Source: Chloroflexota bacterium (GTDB lineage Bacteria > Chloroflexota > UBA11872). From it: a stretch of DNA of 64,000 bases. Under the pieces are notes generated by a model. It saw nothing but the letters and a program-made list of their open reading frames with translations. It ran no database searches and had not been told where the DNA came from. Position 1 is the stretch's first letter; every line of letters starts with the position of its first letter. A program made the translations under genes and the position numbers. Below are positions 39,530 through 50,010 of the stretch, in pieces. The stretch is from positions 1,951,625-2,015,624 of the forward strand of contig OZ252016.1 of NCBI GenBank assembly GCA_965247475.1, written 5' to 3'.

Positions 39530-39625
39530 CTTGTTCGACCGGCTCGGGACGTGCTCTCGCCCGTCCGGTGGCCGTGAGATTCCTCGCTCCGCTCGGAATG
39601 ACCCGGAGGGAGGCTCGGAATGACG
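39530..39625. repeat. Intergenic repeat (A-like plus B, duplicated GCTCGGAATGAC)
   Basis: GTCCGGTGGCCGTGAGATTCCTCGCTCCGCTCGGAATGAC. Confidence 0.75.
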
Positions 39626-39748
39626 CTGGGCCCGCCGTGACGACGTTGCACGCGGTGGAACGACGCGCTTGCCGATCGCGGTGCCGCGGGGATGTAGTCT
39701 CGCCGTCTACAGCGGGCTGACGCCGCGAGCTACTCCCCGAGGGGAACC

Positions 39749-41311
39749 ATGCCTGATTACTCCTCGCGCGTACCGAGGTACACGTTTCCGGACACGCTGG
39801 CGGAGCAGGAGGCCGCGCTCAGAACCAACCCGCTGATGCAGCGTCTCATCGAATCCCGGAAGTCGCTCGCGGGCGACCCGCACCGCCCGATCTTCCACTT
39901 CGTGAATCCCGAGTCGACGCTGAACGATCCCAACGGCCTGTGCCACTGGCGCGGGCGGTGGCATCTCTTCTACCAGGTCCATCCTCCTGAAGATCCGCGG
40001 CAGCACTGGGGTCATGCGATCTCGCCGGATCTGATTCATTGGCGGGATCTCCCCTACTGCATCTACCCGAACCCCGAGAAGGCGTGCTACTCCGGGGCCA
40101 CACTCGTCGAAGAAGACCGCGTGATCGCCATGTACCACGGGCCCGAGGCCGGAAACATGGTCGCGGTGTCCAGCGATCCGCTGCTCCTCAATTGGGAGAA
40201 AGTCGCTAACAAGGCGGTCATCCCGATTCGCGCACCGGACGGCTCGACCTTGCCGTACCGGGTCTTCGACCCATGTATCTGGATGAAGGACGGCAGGTAC
40301 TACTCGCTATCGGCCGGTACCAAGCCGGAGGGGCCGGCAGGGAAGCCGATTCGCGCGAACTTCCTGTTTCGGTCCGACGACCTCGAACATTGGGAGTACC
40401 TGCACCCATTTGTGGAGGACGATCGCTACACGCTGGTCGGCGACGACGGCGCTGTCCCCTACTTCTGGCCGATCGGCAATCGGCACATCCTGCTCTTTGC
40501 CAGCCACATGAGCGGCGCTCAGTACTTGCTCGGGGACTACGACACGACCCGCGACAGATTCGTCGTGACCCACGGCGCGAAGTTCAACTTCGGCGCTATG
40601 TTGCCGTGCGGGGTCCATGCGCCCTCCGCCACGCCGGACGGCAGCGGCGGGGTCGTCGTGATCTTCAACATGAACGCCGGAAAGCCGACCGCAGGGTGGG
40701 ACCAGATCATGACGCTGCCGCGACGCCTGACCGTCGACGGCGACGACGTGTCGATGGCGCCGGTTGCCGCCGTCGAGGGTCTGAGACAGCATCGGCAACA
40801 CGTCGGTGCGATGACCCTTCCGGCGAATCAGGAAGTCGTGATCGACTCGGTTCGGGGCAGCGCCCTGGAACTGGACCTGGAATTCGATCCCGGAAACGCG
40901 CCGATGGTCGAGCTGAACGTGCTGCGCTCGCCCGCGAAGGAGGAGTACACGCGCATCGCGTTCTACCGGCATCGCGGCTTCATCGCCCGGCCCATCAATG
41001 AGCGGGCGTTGGGCGTCGGACGCCGCCAGAGCCTGATCACGCTCGATTCCTCGTATTCGTCCTGTGCGCCCGACGTTCGTTCACGTGCACCCGAGACCGC
41101 GCCCGTCGTTATCGAACCGGACCGGACGGTCCAGCTACGGGTCTTTGTCGACCGCAGTGTCGTCGAGGTATTCGTGAACGGGAGGCAGTGCGTGGCGACG
41201 CGCGTCTATCCGGATCGCGCCGACAGCGTGGGCGTCTCGCTTCGCTCTCAGGGCGCCGCGAGTGAGCTCAGATCGCTCGACGCTTGGACGATGACGTCGA
41301 TCTGGGACTGA
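39749..41311 (+). CDS. Glycoside hydrolase family 32-like protein
   Basis: HRPIFHF, LNDPNG, WHLFYQ, HWGHAIS.DLIHW, YSG, FDP, C-terminal LRVFVDRSVVEVFVNG. Confidence 0.88.
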   Translation: MPDYSSRVPRYTFPDTLAEQEAALRTNPLMQRLIESRKSLAGDPHRPIFHFVNPESTLNDPNGLCHWRGRWHLFYQVHPPEDPRQHWGHAISPDLIHWRDLPYCIYPNPEKACYSGATLVEEDRVIAMYHGPEAGNMVAVSSDPLLLNWEKVANKAVIPIRAPDGSTLPYRVFDPCIWMKDGRYYSLSAGTKPEGPAGKPIRANFLFRSDDLEHWEYLHPFVEDDRYTLVGDDGAVPYFWPIGNRHILLFASHMSGAQYLLGDYDTTRDRFVVTHGAKFNFGAMLPCGVHAPSATPDGSGGVVVIFNMNAGKPTAGWDQIMTLPRRLTVDGDDVSMAPVAAVEGLRQHRQHVGAMTLPANQEVVIDSVRGSALELDLEFDPGNAPMVELNVLRSPAKEEYTRIAFYRHRGFIARPINERALGVGRRQSLITLDSSYSSCAPDVRSRAPETAPVVIEPDRTVQLRVFVDRSVVEVFVNGRQCVATRVYPDRADSVGVSLRSQGAASELRSLDAWTMTSIWD

Positions 41312-41642
41312 CCCGACCTACCCCGGAGAAGCCGCTCCCGCGAGCAGGATGCGCCAACACCTGGCCTCGCAACCGAGACAGCGTGCGCCTCACCGGATCC
41401 AATCCGACCACGGTCGACGCCTCGCCTGTTCGTCAGAACGCGGCCCGATCGCCCGCGCGGTTTCCAGCCCGGCTGGAAACTCGAAGCGGCAGCCAGGTTG
41501 GGCGTACCCGCTGAATCTCGACCGACCCGCGAGGTCGCATTCGCTTTAGGAACAGATTTCGCTCGGGTCTACTCCCGGATGCCGCCGTGCTCAGGCCGAG
41601 CTGCCGATCGAGCAGGTTCGCGGCGCCGATCCGTCAGCCTCC

Positions 41643-43355
41643 TCAGGGGGACGCGGGGCTCGCCTCGGGAGCGTGGTACCTGACGTGCAACTCGAGTTTC
41701 TCTACAAGCATCGAATCCGGCTCATCCCGCAGGCTCCGCGTCAGCCGCACGCCGACGAGATTCTCGCCAACCGCGAAGAGCTCGGGGCGCGCCGGGAAGA
41801 CGAGCCACCCGCCATCGATGTGGGGCCCCTGCAGACGTGCATTGTTCGCGCGCACTTCGAGGTGGCGTTCGATCCCACAGCTCGGCGGTCGGTTCATGAG
41901 CGCGCGGTCATGCGGGTGCCCGATCTCGGCGAGCTTCACCGCCGGGAGGCGCCGGAGGCGCTCCGGCGCTTCCGGCGCCGGGTCGGACAACAGCACGCGC
42001 AGGTTGATCGAATCCACGTGCTCCGCTTCCCCCACGAGGTCGTCGGCCACGTAGAGGCTCAGCAGCGTATCCGGCCGGCCGTCGCCGGCCAGCGGCGCCG
42101 GCAACTGCCCGAACATGTTGGTGTTGGAGTACATCCAACGCGGTGTGGTCCAGTCCTCGGGGTTTGGGACCATCCTCGGGCCGTGTCCGCCGCCGCGTCG
42201 CTGCACCACGAAGACCTTGTCCTTGCGGCGCAGGTTCTCGGGGTCGTGCATCTCCCGATAGGCCTGATGGTGCGTCGCCGAAGCGGGCGCGTTGAGTGCG
42301 CTCAACTTCAGCCGCTCCGCGTCCTCTGGCGGCGCGTGCTCCCAGTTGAACGTCTGGATCCCGTCCACACCCTGATGCCACCAGTTCGCGAACACGCCCC
42401 GGAACACTTCGATGGGCGGCCACATATAGCCGTCCGACGAGTGATGATCGTCGATCGAGGCATAGAGCTTGATCGGAGTCCCGGACGTGATGCGGCGGAA
42501 CGCGATCACGTCCACGTCGAACGACCGGCAGCCCATGACCATCAGATCTACCAGCAGCTCACGCGCCCAGGTCTCGACGTCCAGGCCGTCGAAGTGGCAG
42601 CCCATCAAGTTCTCAGGGATGCGCACGGCCAGCAGCAGCGGGCGCCCACGTTGGCTTCCGATCTCCAGCAGCATTGTCCGCAGCTTGCGCATGAACTCCG
42701 TCATGCGGTCGCGCAGCTCCCACTGTCGCCCCGGTGGTAGCACCGGGCAGTTCCGCGCGAAGTCAAGCGCGATGCCGTCGAAGTCGTAGTCCTCGGCCAG
42801 CTCACGCAGGATGCGCAGTTTGTACTCGTGCACCCCGTCGACAGCGAAGTTCCAGAACCCGTTCTCGCGCCAGGTGTGGATGAGCCAATCGGGATGCTCT
42901 TCCTTCATGGGGATCCGGCTGACGCGGCCCAGCTCGGTGTCCGAACCGTTGATCCGGTAGAGGTAGAAGTTCTCGAAATCGCGTGCCTGTGAGGCCTCCA
43001 GGAAGATGCGGACGATGTTCATGCCGGCGTCCGCCCAGGCCCGATATGCGGGTGCGTCTAGGAGCGGTCGGACCTTGCTTGGGAAGACGCACTGATGGCC
43101 CTCATCCCAGTCCCACCACATGCTGTCGATGTGGACGGCCGGATCATCGGCATAGGTGAACTTCCATTCCAGCAGGGCGTCAACGGCCTTGGTCGGGAAG
43201 AAGTCCGGACCGTCGCCCATGATGACGTCGAAGTGGACGATGATGCGGCGTTGGCGACGTATGCCAGCTAGGTGCTCCGCCGAGAGCGTGACCGCGCCGG
43301 ACGCGGCGTCGACCTCGCCGGTACGGCCGCCGTCGCGCGTGCTTGGCGCATCCAT
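41643..43355 (-). CDS. Hypothetical TIM-barrel glycoside-hydrolase-like protein (GHL10/DUF187-like)
   Basis: WNFAVDGVHEYKLRILRELAEDYDFDGIALDFAR, DGLDVETW, GVDGIQTFN. Confidence 0.65.
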   Translation of the reverse strand: MDAPSTRDGGRTGEVDAASGAVTLSAEHLAGIRRQRRIIVHFDVIMGDGPDFFPTKAVDALLEWKFTYADDPAVHIDSMWWDWDEGHQCVFPSKVRPLLDAPAYRAWADAGMNIVRIFLEASQARDFENFYLYRINGSDTELGRVSRIPMKEEHPDWLIHTWRENGFWNFAVDGVHEYKLRILRELAEDYDFDGIALDFARNCPVLPPGRQWELRDRMTEFMRKLRTMLLEIGSQRGRPLLLAVRIPENLMGCHFDGLDVETWARELLVDLMVMGCRSFDVDVIAFRRITSGTPIKLYASIDDHHSSDGYMWPPIEVFRGVFANWWHQGVDGIQTFNWEHAPPEDAERLKLSALNAPASATHHQAYREMHDPENLRRKDKVFVVQRRGGGHGPRMVPNPEDWTTPRWMYSNTNMFGQLPAPLAGDGRPDTLLSLYVADDLVGEAEHVDSINLRVLLSDPAPEAPERLRRLPAVKLAEIGHPHDRALMNRPPSCGIERHLEVRANNARLQGPHIDGGWLVFPARPELFAVGENLVGVRLTRSLRDEPDSMLVEKLELHVRYHAPEASPASP

Positions 43356-43443
43356 GTCACAACCTTGCGGCGGTGCTCGGGTCACCGATCAGGCCGTCCG
43401 CCTCAAAGGCGGGACGGCCGTCAACCGCGTACCACTTCGAGCG

Positions 43444-44001
43444 TCAGAGACGGTCGCATAGCGGACAAGTCTCGTGGATGACGGGGGTTTCTTGGTAGAT
43501 CACCTCGAAAGGAAACTCCAGGCGTTTGGCAGGCGGACCGGTGCGCTTGGCCGGGTCACGCTCGACCAGCTCGAAGACCAGCGTGCCCGTCCCGGCGGAA
43601 CCGCCGTGGAACTCCAGGAGCTTCGCGGCTCTGCTCGGATCGCCGATCAGGCCGTCGGTCTCAAACGCCGGCTGGCCGTCCACCGCGAACCACTCGATCA
43701 CCAGTGGGTCTGGTTTCTCGACGAAGCGCCAGCGCAGCGTGGCGGCAGAGTCGCCGCTGAGCTGGACCTCCAGGCCCTTCCTGTCCGGCAGCCCGATGTC
43801 ATAGATGAACCGCTCGATCTCAATCGGCGTTCCGGCGTCGGCCTCGGTGAGCAACGTGTGCCCCAGCTGCTCCCGCAGCGTGGCCGCGGAACGGCCATTC
43901 CCGTCGGACTGGCCGGCGGATGGGCTGCCCTCGCCACAGGCGACCACCGCAGCTAGCGCCACGGCAGCCGCCGCAAGTCTGAGCGGAGATCCCGCCGTCA
44001 C
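43444..44001 (-). CDS. Paralogous lipoprotein family member 7
   Basis: VVAC lipobox; shared core; tail ...HETCPLCDRL. GTG 44001 follows GGAGG. Confidence 0.9.
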   Translation of the reverse strand: MTAGSPLRLAAAAVALAAVVACGEGSPSAGQSDGNGRSAATLREQLGHTLLTEADAGTPIEIERFIYDIGLPDRKGLEVQLSGDSAATLRWRFVEKPDPLVIEWFAVDGQPAFETDGLIGDPSRAAKLLEFHGGSAGTGTLVFELVERDPAKRTGPPAKRLEFPFEVIYQETPVIHETCPLCDRL

Positions 44002-44266
44002 CGCCTCCCCTTTTCCAAGCGCCACGTGATCCGTGAGACCGGCTGCGTCCCCGCCGGCATTCTATTCTCGGTGCGGCCGGCAGCCGCGTGTGGCGATCCG
44101 GGGTCGCTCGGATGAACGTTCGCCTTGCCTGGGACGGCCAGTAGCGCCGAGCGATTGGAACACCGGAAACGGCGCGTCAGATCAAGCGCCCCACTTCCTC
44201 CCCCAAGCTCCGATCGAAGTTCGGCGTGCGCATCTGGACCACGAGACGATAGGCCGGAACGCGGGA

Positions 44267-45376
44267 CTACGGGCGGGAGGCGAGGGAGCTTCCGGCGTCG
44301 ATGAGCTGAAGGCGAGCCTGGCGGCCGTCGGCGAAGCCGAGCCTCTGGAGCTCGGCGAGGTCCACGTGACCGCCTGGACCCAGCGCGCCGGTGCCGAACC
44401 ACCAGAATCCTTCCGGCTGGTAGCGGGCCACATCCTCAACGTCGATGGCCCAGTTCCGCGGGAGCGCGAACGGCAGCGGTGGCTGCGGGCTCCGCCACGC
44501 ACGGTTCCAGGTCATGACGCCGCGGCCCAGGTAGAACGTGCGTAGACCCAGCTCACGCGGCTGCTCGAGACAGAGGTCGGCCACCTGCCGGCGGCGGCGC
44601 GAGCGATCGTAGTCGTAGGTGACCACCGCGAAGTCCAGGCCGGCGGCAGTGTATGCCGGCAGGTCGACGACCTGGACGGTCCCAGACTCGGCGTTGACGA
44701 CCTCACAGATCGTGGCCAGATCGCCCGAGAACCCACGCGCGCGGACCGCCTGTTCGATCGCGCGCAGGACTTCCATCCGCCTGAAACTCGTGTAGGCGCG
44801 GTAGGCGGGCAGGTGATCGCCCTCGGCCGGAGGCCGGTCGTGGGCGCGGGCCCAGCGGTCGTAGGGCCGGACTCGGTGCGGGCCGAAGGTGTCGCCGAAC
44901 TCCAACTCGACCAGCAACCCGTCGGCCTGCGGGAACAACGTAACGATCTCGTCGAAGATCTCTACGGCGCGCTCCGCCACGTGGGGCATATCCAGGTCAT
45001 AGACGCGGACCTCCCGCGGCTCGCCGTCCACCCACGGCTCGAAACGCCGGTGCTCGGAGTGCCCGTACGCCCGGGGGACGAAGTAGGTGGCCACGGCGCC
45101 CAGCCGGACCTTGATATGGCGCCGACGGGCTTCCCGCAGCACCGTGTGGATGAGCTCGTTGTCGCTGGCGATGGCGGCGTTGCGGGGGTCCTGATCGAGC
45201 CAGGGGAGCCGCGAGCGGTAACCGGTGGTGAGCCACTTGACGATCATGACCAGCGAGTTCATGCCGGCGGCGGCCATGTCGTCCAGCAGCTCGAGATAGT
45301 GGTCGCGCCGGTAGTGCTCCATCCCACCCGCACCCGGGCAGGTGTAGTCCCAGAAGCCGTACTCACGCAGTGCCAT
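44267..45376 (-). CDS. Hypothetical protein, possible TIM-barrel hydrolase
   Basis: LLDDMAAAGMNSLV, FPQADGLLVELE; long ORF with good GC3-type composition. Confidence 0.6.
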   Translation of the reverse strand: MALREYGFWDYTCPGAGGMEHYRRDHYLELLDDMAAAGMNSLVMIVKWLTTGYRSRLPWLDQDPRNAAIASDNELIHTVLREARRRHIKVRLGAVATYFVPRAYGHSEHRRFEPWVDGEPREVRVYDLDMPHVAERAVEIFDEIVTLFPQADGLLVELEFGDTFGPHRVRPYDRWARAHDRPPAEGDHLPAYRAYTSFRRMEVLRAIEQAVRARGFSGDLATICEVVNAESGTVQVVDLPAYTAAGLDFAVVTYDYDRSRRRRQVADLCLEQPRELGLRTFYLGRGVMTWNRAWRSPQPPLPFALPRNWAIDVEDVARYQPEGFWWFGTGALGPGGHVDLAELQRLGFADGRQARLQLIDAGSSLASRP

Positions 45377-45519
45377 GGCGCCATCCGCTTGGGGATCTCC
45401 GGAGTATCGCGGATCGCGGCGTTGCGGGGGGCTGCGTACTCAGAATGCCGGCGACGGAGCACCTAGGGTCAGGATCGACTTCCCCTGATGGGCGCGCCGA
45501 CGATGCACGGTGACGGATA

Positions 45520-45622
45520 GGCTCTCGCCGGTCCGGGGGGCATGAGATTCCTCGCCTGCGGCTGGGAATGACAGTGAGGTTCGTTTGGCCCTCGTCGCGC
45601 CGAGCGCTCCTCCGAATGACAC
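45520..45622. repeat. Intergenic repeat (B module plus partial)
   Basis: CTCGCCGGTCCGGGGGCATGAGATTCCTCGCCTGCGGCTGGGAATGACA. Confidence 0.75.
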
Positions 45623-45713
45623 CGGCGGCAGGCCGTGGTCCGGCAGATCGATGCAAGCCGGACCGAGCGGTATGGTGCGCGCGCGGGTGGGTTACGGAAA
45701 GGCTGTGTTCGCA

Positions 45714-46679
45714 ATGGCAAGCTTTGATCTCTTCGATCCGGATGCCGCGCCCAAGGGTGTGGCCACGCACCTGAAGACGCCGTTCCTCGAGGACGGCCGA
45801 CTCGACCAGGCGTCGTACGAGCGAACGGCGCGCCATTCGGTCGAGGTGGGAAGCACGCTGATCATCGTCGGTCAGCGCGGCACCGAGACGCTGGCGCTCT
45901 CCGAGGCGGAACGCTACCGAAGCCTGGAAATCGCGCTGGACGTGTGCGCCGATCGCGTGCCGGTGGTATCCACGGCGACGGGCGCGTCGATCGCAGACGT
46001 CGCGGCGACCGCTCACCGTATGGAGCAGATGGGAGCGGACGCGATCTCGGTGCTGGCGCCAGCCTGGATCAAGAGCTCCGAGGATGTGATCACCGGTCTG
46101 AAGGCGGTGGGTGACAAGCTCACGGTTCCGATGTTCGCGCGCTGCAGCGACTGGGGCAGCACGATGACGGTGGATCAGCTGGCTCGCCTCCCGAGCGAGA
46201 TCCCGAACGTTCGCTATCTGAAGGAAGAGTGCCATCCGTGCCCCCGGCGGGTGAAGGCCCTGCTCGAAACGCCGGGCGGCAAGCAGTACATCCGCATCAT
46301 GGTCGGGACGAGCCCGCCGGGACCGCTGCTGGGGTATGTGGCCGGCGCACGGCTGTTCATGTGCGCGGCGGACGTGCTGGAGCCGTATATCGCCGTATTC
46401 GATTTGCTCGAGGCGGGCGACATCGACGAGGCCCGGCGCATCCACAATTTGGTCGGCGCGCTCGGCTACTTCAAGAACTACATCGGCGGCCAATTCAACA
46501 ACAAGATGATCATGCACTGGCGCGGGCTGTTCGATTCGGGGCGCAAAGCGTCGCCGACCTGGGAGTCCGGGCTGCGCGATCTGACCCCCGAGGAAGCGGA
46601 CGAATTGACCGTGCTGCTGGAGCCGCTGCTCCCGTACTATCTTGCGTATCCCCCGGTTCGGCCGAGTGATGGCGGTTAG
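45714..46679 (+). CDS. Dihydrodipicolinate synthase (DapA/NAL)-family aldolase, divergent
   Basis: TPFLEDGRLD, LSEAER, RVPVV, GADAISVLAP, RYLKEE (catalytic Lys position). Confidence 0.82.
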   Translation: MASFDLFDPDAAPKGVATHLKTPFLEDGRLDQASYERTARHSVEVGSTLIIVGQRGTETLALSEAERYRSLEIALDVCADRVPVVSTATGASIADVAATAHRMEQMGADAISVLAPAWIKSSEDVITGLKAVGDKLTVPMFARCSDWGSTMTVDQLARLPSEIPNVRYLKEECHPCPRRVKALLETPGGKQYIRIMVGTSPPGPLLGYVAGARLFMCAADVLEPYIAVFDLLEAGDIDEARRIHNLVGALGYFKNYIGGQFNNKMIMHWRGLFDSGRKASPTWESGLRDLTPEEADELTVLLEPLLPYYLAYPPVRPSDGG

Positions 46680-46871
46680 CGGAGCCGACGACGCGGCCGG
46701 CCCGTGCATCCGCCGGCGGGCGGCACTTCAAGCCCAAGGCAGGCGCTCACCGCCGCCACCGAATACCCGAGTCAGCCCTGCCGGCCCGCTCGGGAGCGTA
46801 TCCCTCCCAAGTGCCCGCACCCTGACACCCAGGAATGACAGCAGGCGGGCGGTGACGCTGCGGTCGGCGAC

Positions 46872-48425
46872 ATGAGTCGCTGGGACATCGCGATCGTCGG
46901 GGCCGGGCACAACGGCCTGGTGGCCGCGGCGTATCTGGCGCGGGCCGGGCACTCGGTGCTGGTGCTCGAACGTCGATCGATCGTCGGCGGAGGATGCGTC
47001 AGCGAGGAGCTGGTTCCCGGCTACCGGTTCTCCACCTGCGCATCGCTGTGCGGGCTGCTGCGGCCGGAGATCGTGCGCGACCTCGAGCTGCGCCGGCACG
47101 GGCTGGAACTCTACACCGTGCTGCCGCACAAGCTGGTGCGGTTCGACGATGGCCGAACGCTGGCGTTCGGGGACGACGATGACGTCAACGCGCGGGCGAT
47201 CGCGGCCTTCTCCGAGCACGACGCCCGCGCGCTGCCGGACTTGTGGGACTTCTGGTGGAGGGTTCGAGAGGCGACGCAGGACCTGTTGCTCGGCGGCAGG
47301 GCGACAGCCGACGAGTTTCGCGATCGACTCGTGGACGTGGAACACCCGCTCGCCCCGCGGCTGGTCGACGCGTCAATTGCCGAGATCCTGGACTACTTCT
47401 TCGAGAGTCCGCAGCTCAAGGCGGCGCAGGCCGCGCCGAGCACGGTCGGGACCATGGCCGGACCGTTCACGCCCGGCACGGCGCTCATGGAGACGTACAT
47501 CCGCGCGTACAGCGGCGACCGCACGAACCCCGGCTACTGGTGGTTCGCGCGCGGCGGGATGAGCTCAGTGACGGCCGCCCTGGCGAGCGCGGCACGCGAG
47601 CACGGGGCGTCGCTCCGAACGGACGCGCCGGTGGCGCGGATACGAGTGGAGCAGGGCCGGGCGGCCGACATCGTGCTCGAGTCGGGCGAGGCGATCGAGG
47701 CGGGGGTGGTGATCTCGAACGCCGATCCACGACGGACGTTCCTGACGCTCATGGATGAGGCGGACGTCGATGCGGACCTGCGTCGTCGGGTCGAGTCCTT
47801 GGACTCGGAGGGATGCGTCCTGAAGCTGCATCTAGCACTGGACGGCCTCCCGGATCTGGATGGATACGACGCGGCGACCTGGGGGTCGGATTTCCCGTTC
47901 ATCGCCGAATACTGTCCGTCGCTGGAATACCTGGACGCCGCCTACCGGGACGCGGTGGAAGGGCGGTTCTCCGCGGACCCCTGGTTGCAGATCTACTGCC
48001 AGTCCGCCAGCGATCCATCGCTCGCACCGCCCGGCCACCACACGATGTCCATGTACGTACAGTACGCGCCCTATCACCTCAGCGATGGGGACTGGGCGGG
48101 GCTGCGGGACGCGGCGGCCGATCGGGTCCTCGCGATCGCGGAGGGCTTCATGCCGGGACTGACGGCACGGATCGTGCACCGCGAGGTGATGACGCCGGTG
48201 GATATCGAAACCCGCACGGGCATGACGTTCGGGGACATTCACCACACACAGATGCTGCCGGAGCAGATGTTCGAGCGGCGCAATCCCACCGGGATGGACG
48301 GCCACGCGACGCCGATCGACGGCCTGTTCCTGTGCGGCGCGGGCACCCATCCGGGCGGGGAGGTCACCGGCGCGCCCGGGTACAACGCGGCGCACGAGGT
48401 GATGGGGGCGCTGCGCCGCCGCTGA
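46872..48425 (+). CDS. Phytoene dehydrogenase-like FAD oxidoreductase (PYROXD2-like)
   Basis: VGAGHNGLVAAAYLA, LERRSIVGG, RGGMSSV, TPIDGLFLCGAGTHPGGEVTGAPGYNAA. Confidence 0.92.
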   Translation: MSRWDIAIVGAGHNGLVAAAYLARAGHSVLVLERRSIVGGGCVSEELVPGYRFSTCASLCGLLRPEIVRDLELRRHGLELYTVLPHKLVRFDDGRTLAFGDDDDVNARAIAAFSEHDARALPDLWDFWWRVREATQDLLLGGRATADEFRDRLVDVEHPLAPRLVDASIAEILDYFFESPQLKAAQAAPSTVGTMAGPFTPGTALMETYIRAYSGDRTNPGYWWFARGGMSSVTAALASAAREHGASLRTDAPVARIRVEQGRAADIVLESGEAIEAGVVISNADPRRTFLTLMDEADVDADLRRRVESLDSEGCVLKLHLALDGLPDLDGYDAATWGSDFPFIAEYCPSLEYLDAAYRDAVEGRFSADPWLQIYCQSASDPSLAPPGHHTMSMYVQYAPYHLSDGDWAGLRDAAADRVLAIAEGFMPGLTARIVHREVMTPVDIETRTGMTFGDIHHTQMLPEQMFERRNPTGMDGHATPIDGLFLCGAGTHPGGEVTGAPGYNAAHEVMGALRRR

Positions 48426-48542
48426 TCGATCCGGTTGCCGAGCGCCGGGCCGAACGCGAGCTCGCAAAGCCGAGTCGGCCGCTCGAGGCGTCGTTGTGGG
48501 ACGGGAGGGCCGCGCCGATTGCCCGGCGTGAGGCGATGGCGG

Positions 48543-49709
48543 TCAGTGCAGGCCGATCGAGCCGTCGAGGTTCTCGACCACCCGACGGTCGAACGGCTGG
48601 TACGGATAGTCCTTGGCCGCCTCCTCGTTGAGCTCGACGCCGAGGCCGGGCTTGTCCGGCAACGTGAGGTAGCCGGCCTTGAGTTTCGGCGGGTCGACGA
48701 TCACCTCACGGGCGACCTGCGAGTCGAGCTTGAGATTGACCTCTTGAATCAGGAAGTTCGGCACCGCCGCGTCGATGTGCGCGCAGACGGCGAGCGCGAC
48801 CAGGCTGGCTGCGTGATGGGGCGCGACCATCACATGGGCGAATTCGGCCATGGCCGCGAGCTTGACCGTCTCCAGCAGGCCGCCGTTTGCCGTGGGCTCG
48901 GGCTGAACGATGTGGACGGCCCGCCGGTCGATCAGCGCCCGCATGCTCTCGCGCGTGACCGCCCGCTCGCCGGCAGCGATCGGGATGGCGGTCTTGGACT
49001 TGATCTCGACCAGCGAGTCCGGGTTCTCGCTGAGCGCCGGCTCCTCCAGGAAGAAAGGCCGATACGGTTCGACCGCGCGCGCGAAGGCGATCGCCTCCGC
49101 CGGACTGAAGCTGCGTCCGTGATAGTCGATACAGATGTCGATCTCGTCGCCCACGGCCTCCCGGACCGACCGGACCCTCGCGACCGACTCGGCCAGCACC
49201 ACCTGCGACGTCTTGCGTGCGTAGTCATCCGGCTGGGGTACGAACTTGACCGCCGAGAAACCCAGGTCGACGAGCGTCCGGGCGTCGTCGACGAGCGAAA
49301 CGCCGGGGAAGGCGACGGGGCTGGCATACGCGCGCATGCGGTCGCGTGCCGGTCCGCCGAGCATCTTATAGACCGGCAACCCGCAGGCCTTGCCGGAGAT
49401 ATCCCAGAGTGCGTGCTCGATGGCGCTGAGGGCGGACAGCGTGACGGTTCCCAGCGGATAGCGCAGACCGCGGTAGAGCGCCTGCCAGTTGCGAACGATG
49501 CGGGTGGGGTCTTCGCCGATGAGCCAGCGGGAGAACTCCGAAACGGCGCTCTCGACCGACTTGGCATGACCGGTCTCGAACGCCTCGCCGATGCCGTGCA
49601 GACCGCTATCGGTAGAGACTTTGACGAAGATCCAATTCCGGTGGCGCGATCCGAAGCTGACCGGCTCCCCCGGACTGACAAAGATCGTGTCGAGTCGTGT
49701 GATTTGCAT
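48543..49709 (-). CDS. dgoD: Galactonate dehydratase-like enolase-superfamily enzyme
   Basis: NWIFVKVSTDSGLHGIGE, LSAIEHALWDISGK, IDYHG, FLEEP, AGER, APHH, NFLIQE. Confidence 0.8.
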   Translation of the reverse strand: MQITRLDTIFVSPGEPVSFGSRHRNWIFVKVSTDSGLHGIGEAFETGHAKSVESAVSEFSRWLIGEDPTRIVRNWQALYRGLRYPLGTVTLSALSAIEHALWDISGKACGLPVYKMLGGPARDRMRAYASPVAFPGVSLVDDARTLVDLGFSAVKFVPQPDDYARKTSQVVLAESVARVRSVREAVGDEIDICIDYHGRSFSPAEAIAFARAVEPYRPFFLEEPALSENPDSLVEIKSKTAIPIAAGERAVTRESMRALIDRRAVHIVQPEPTANGGLLETVKLAAMAEFAHVMVAPHHAASLVALAVCAHIDAAVPNFLIQEVNLKLDSQVAREVIVDPPKLKAGYLTLPDKPGLGVELNEEAAKDYPYQPFDRRVVENLDGSIGLH

Positions 49710-50010
49710 TTGAACGTGCCCGGGCGCCGTGCCGCGGACGGGCGCCGACCAATCCGGTCGACCGCCGATTCAGCCCACGCGGCGCGCACGATCTGTTCGG
49801 CGCCTGGCGCCGACGCGGTCCCTCCGGGTGCAAGGGTAGCGGGGCGCGGCGGGACGCACGATCCGGCGCACCCGGCGACGCCGGGCAGCATGTGCGCGGC
49901 GCAGGTCGATCGGGCTTCATCAGGTAAGGTACGGCCTGTAACCAACGCCTATCCGCGATGGTGCCGTTGGCGTTCCCGGAAGGCGTTCGCGAGGGACGGG
50001 AGAGGCGCGC

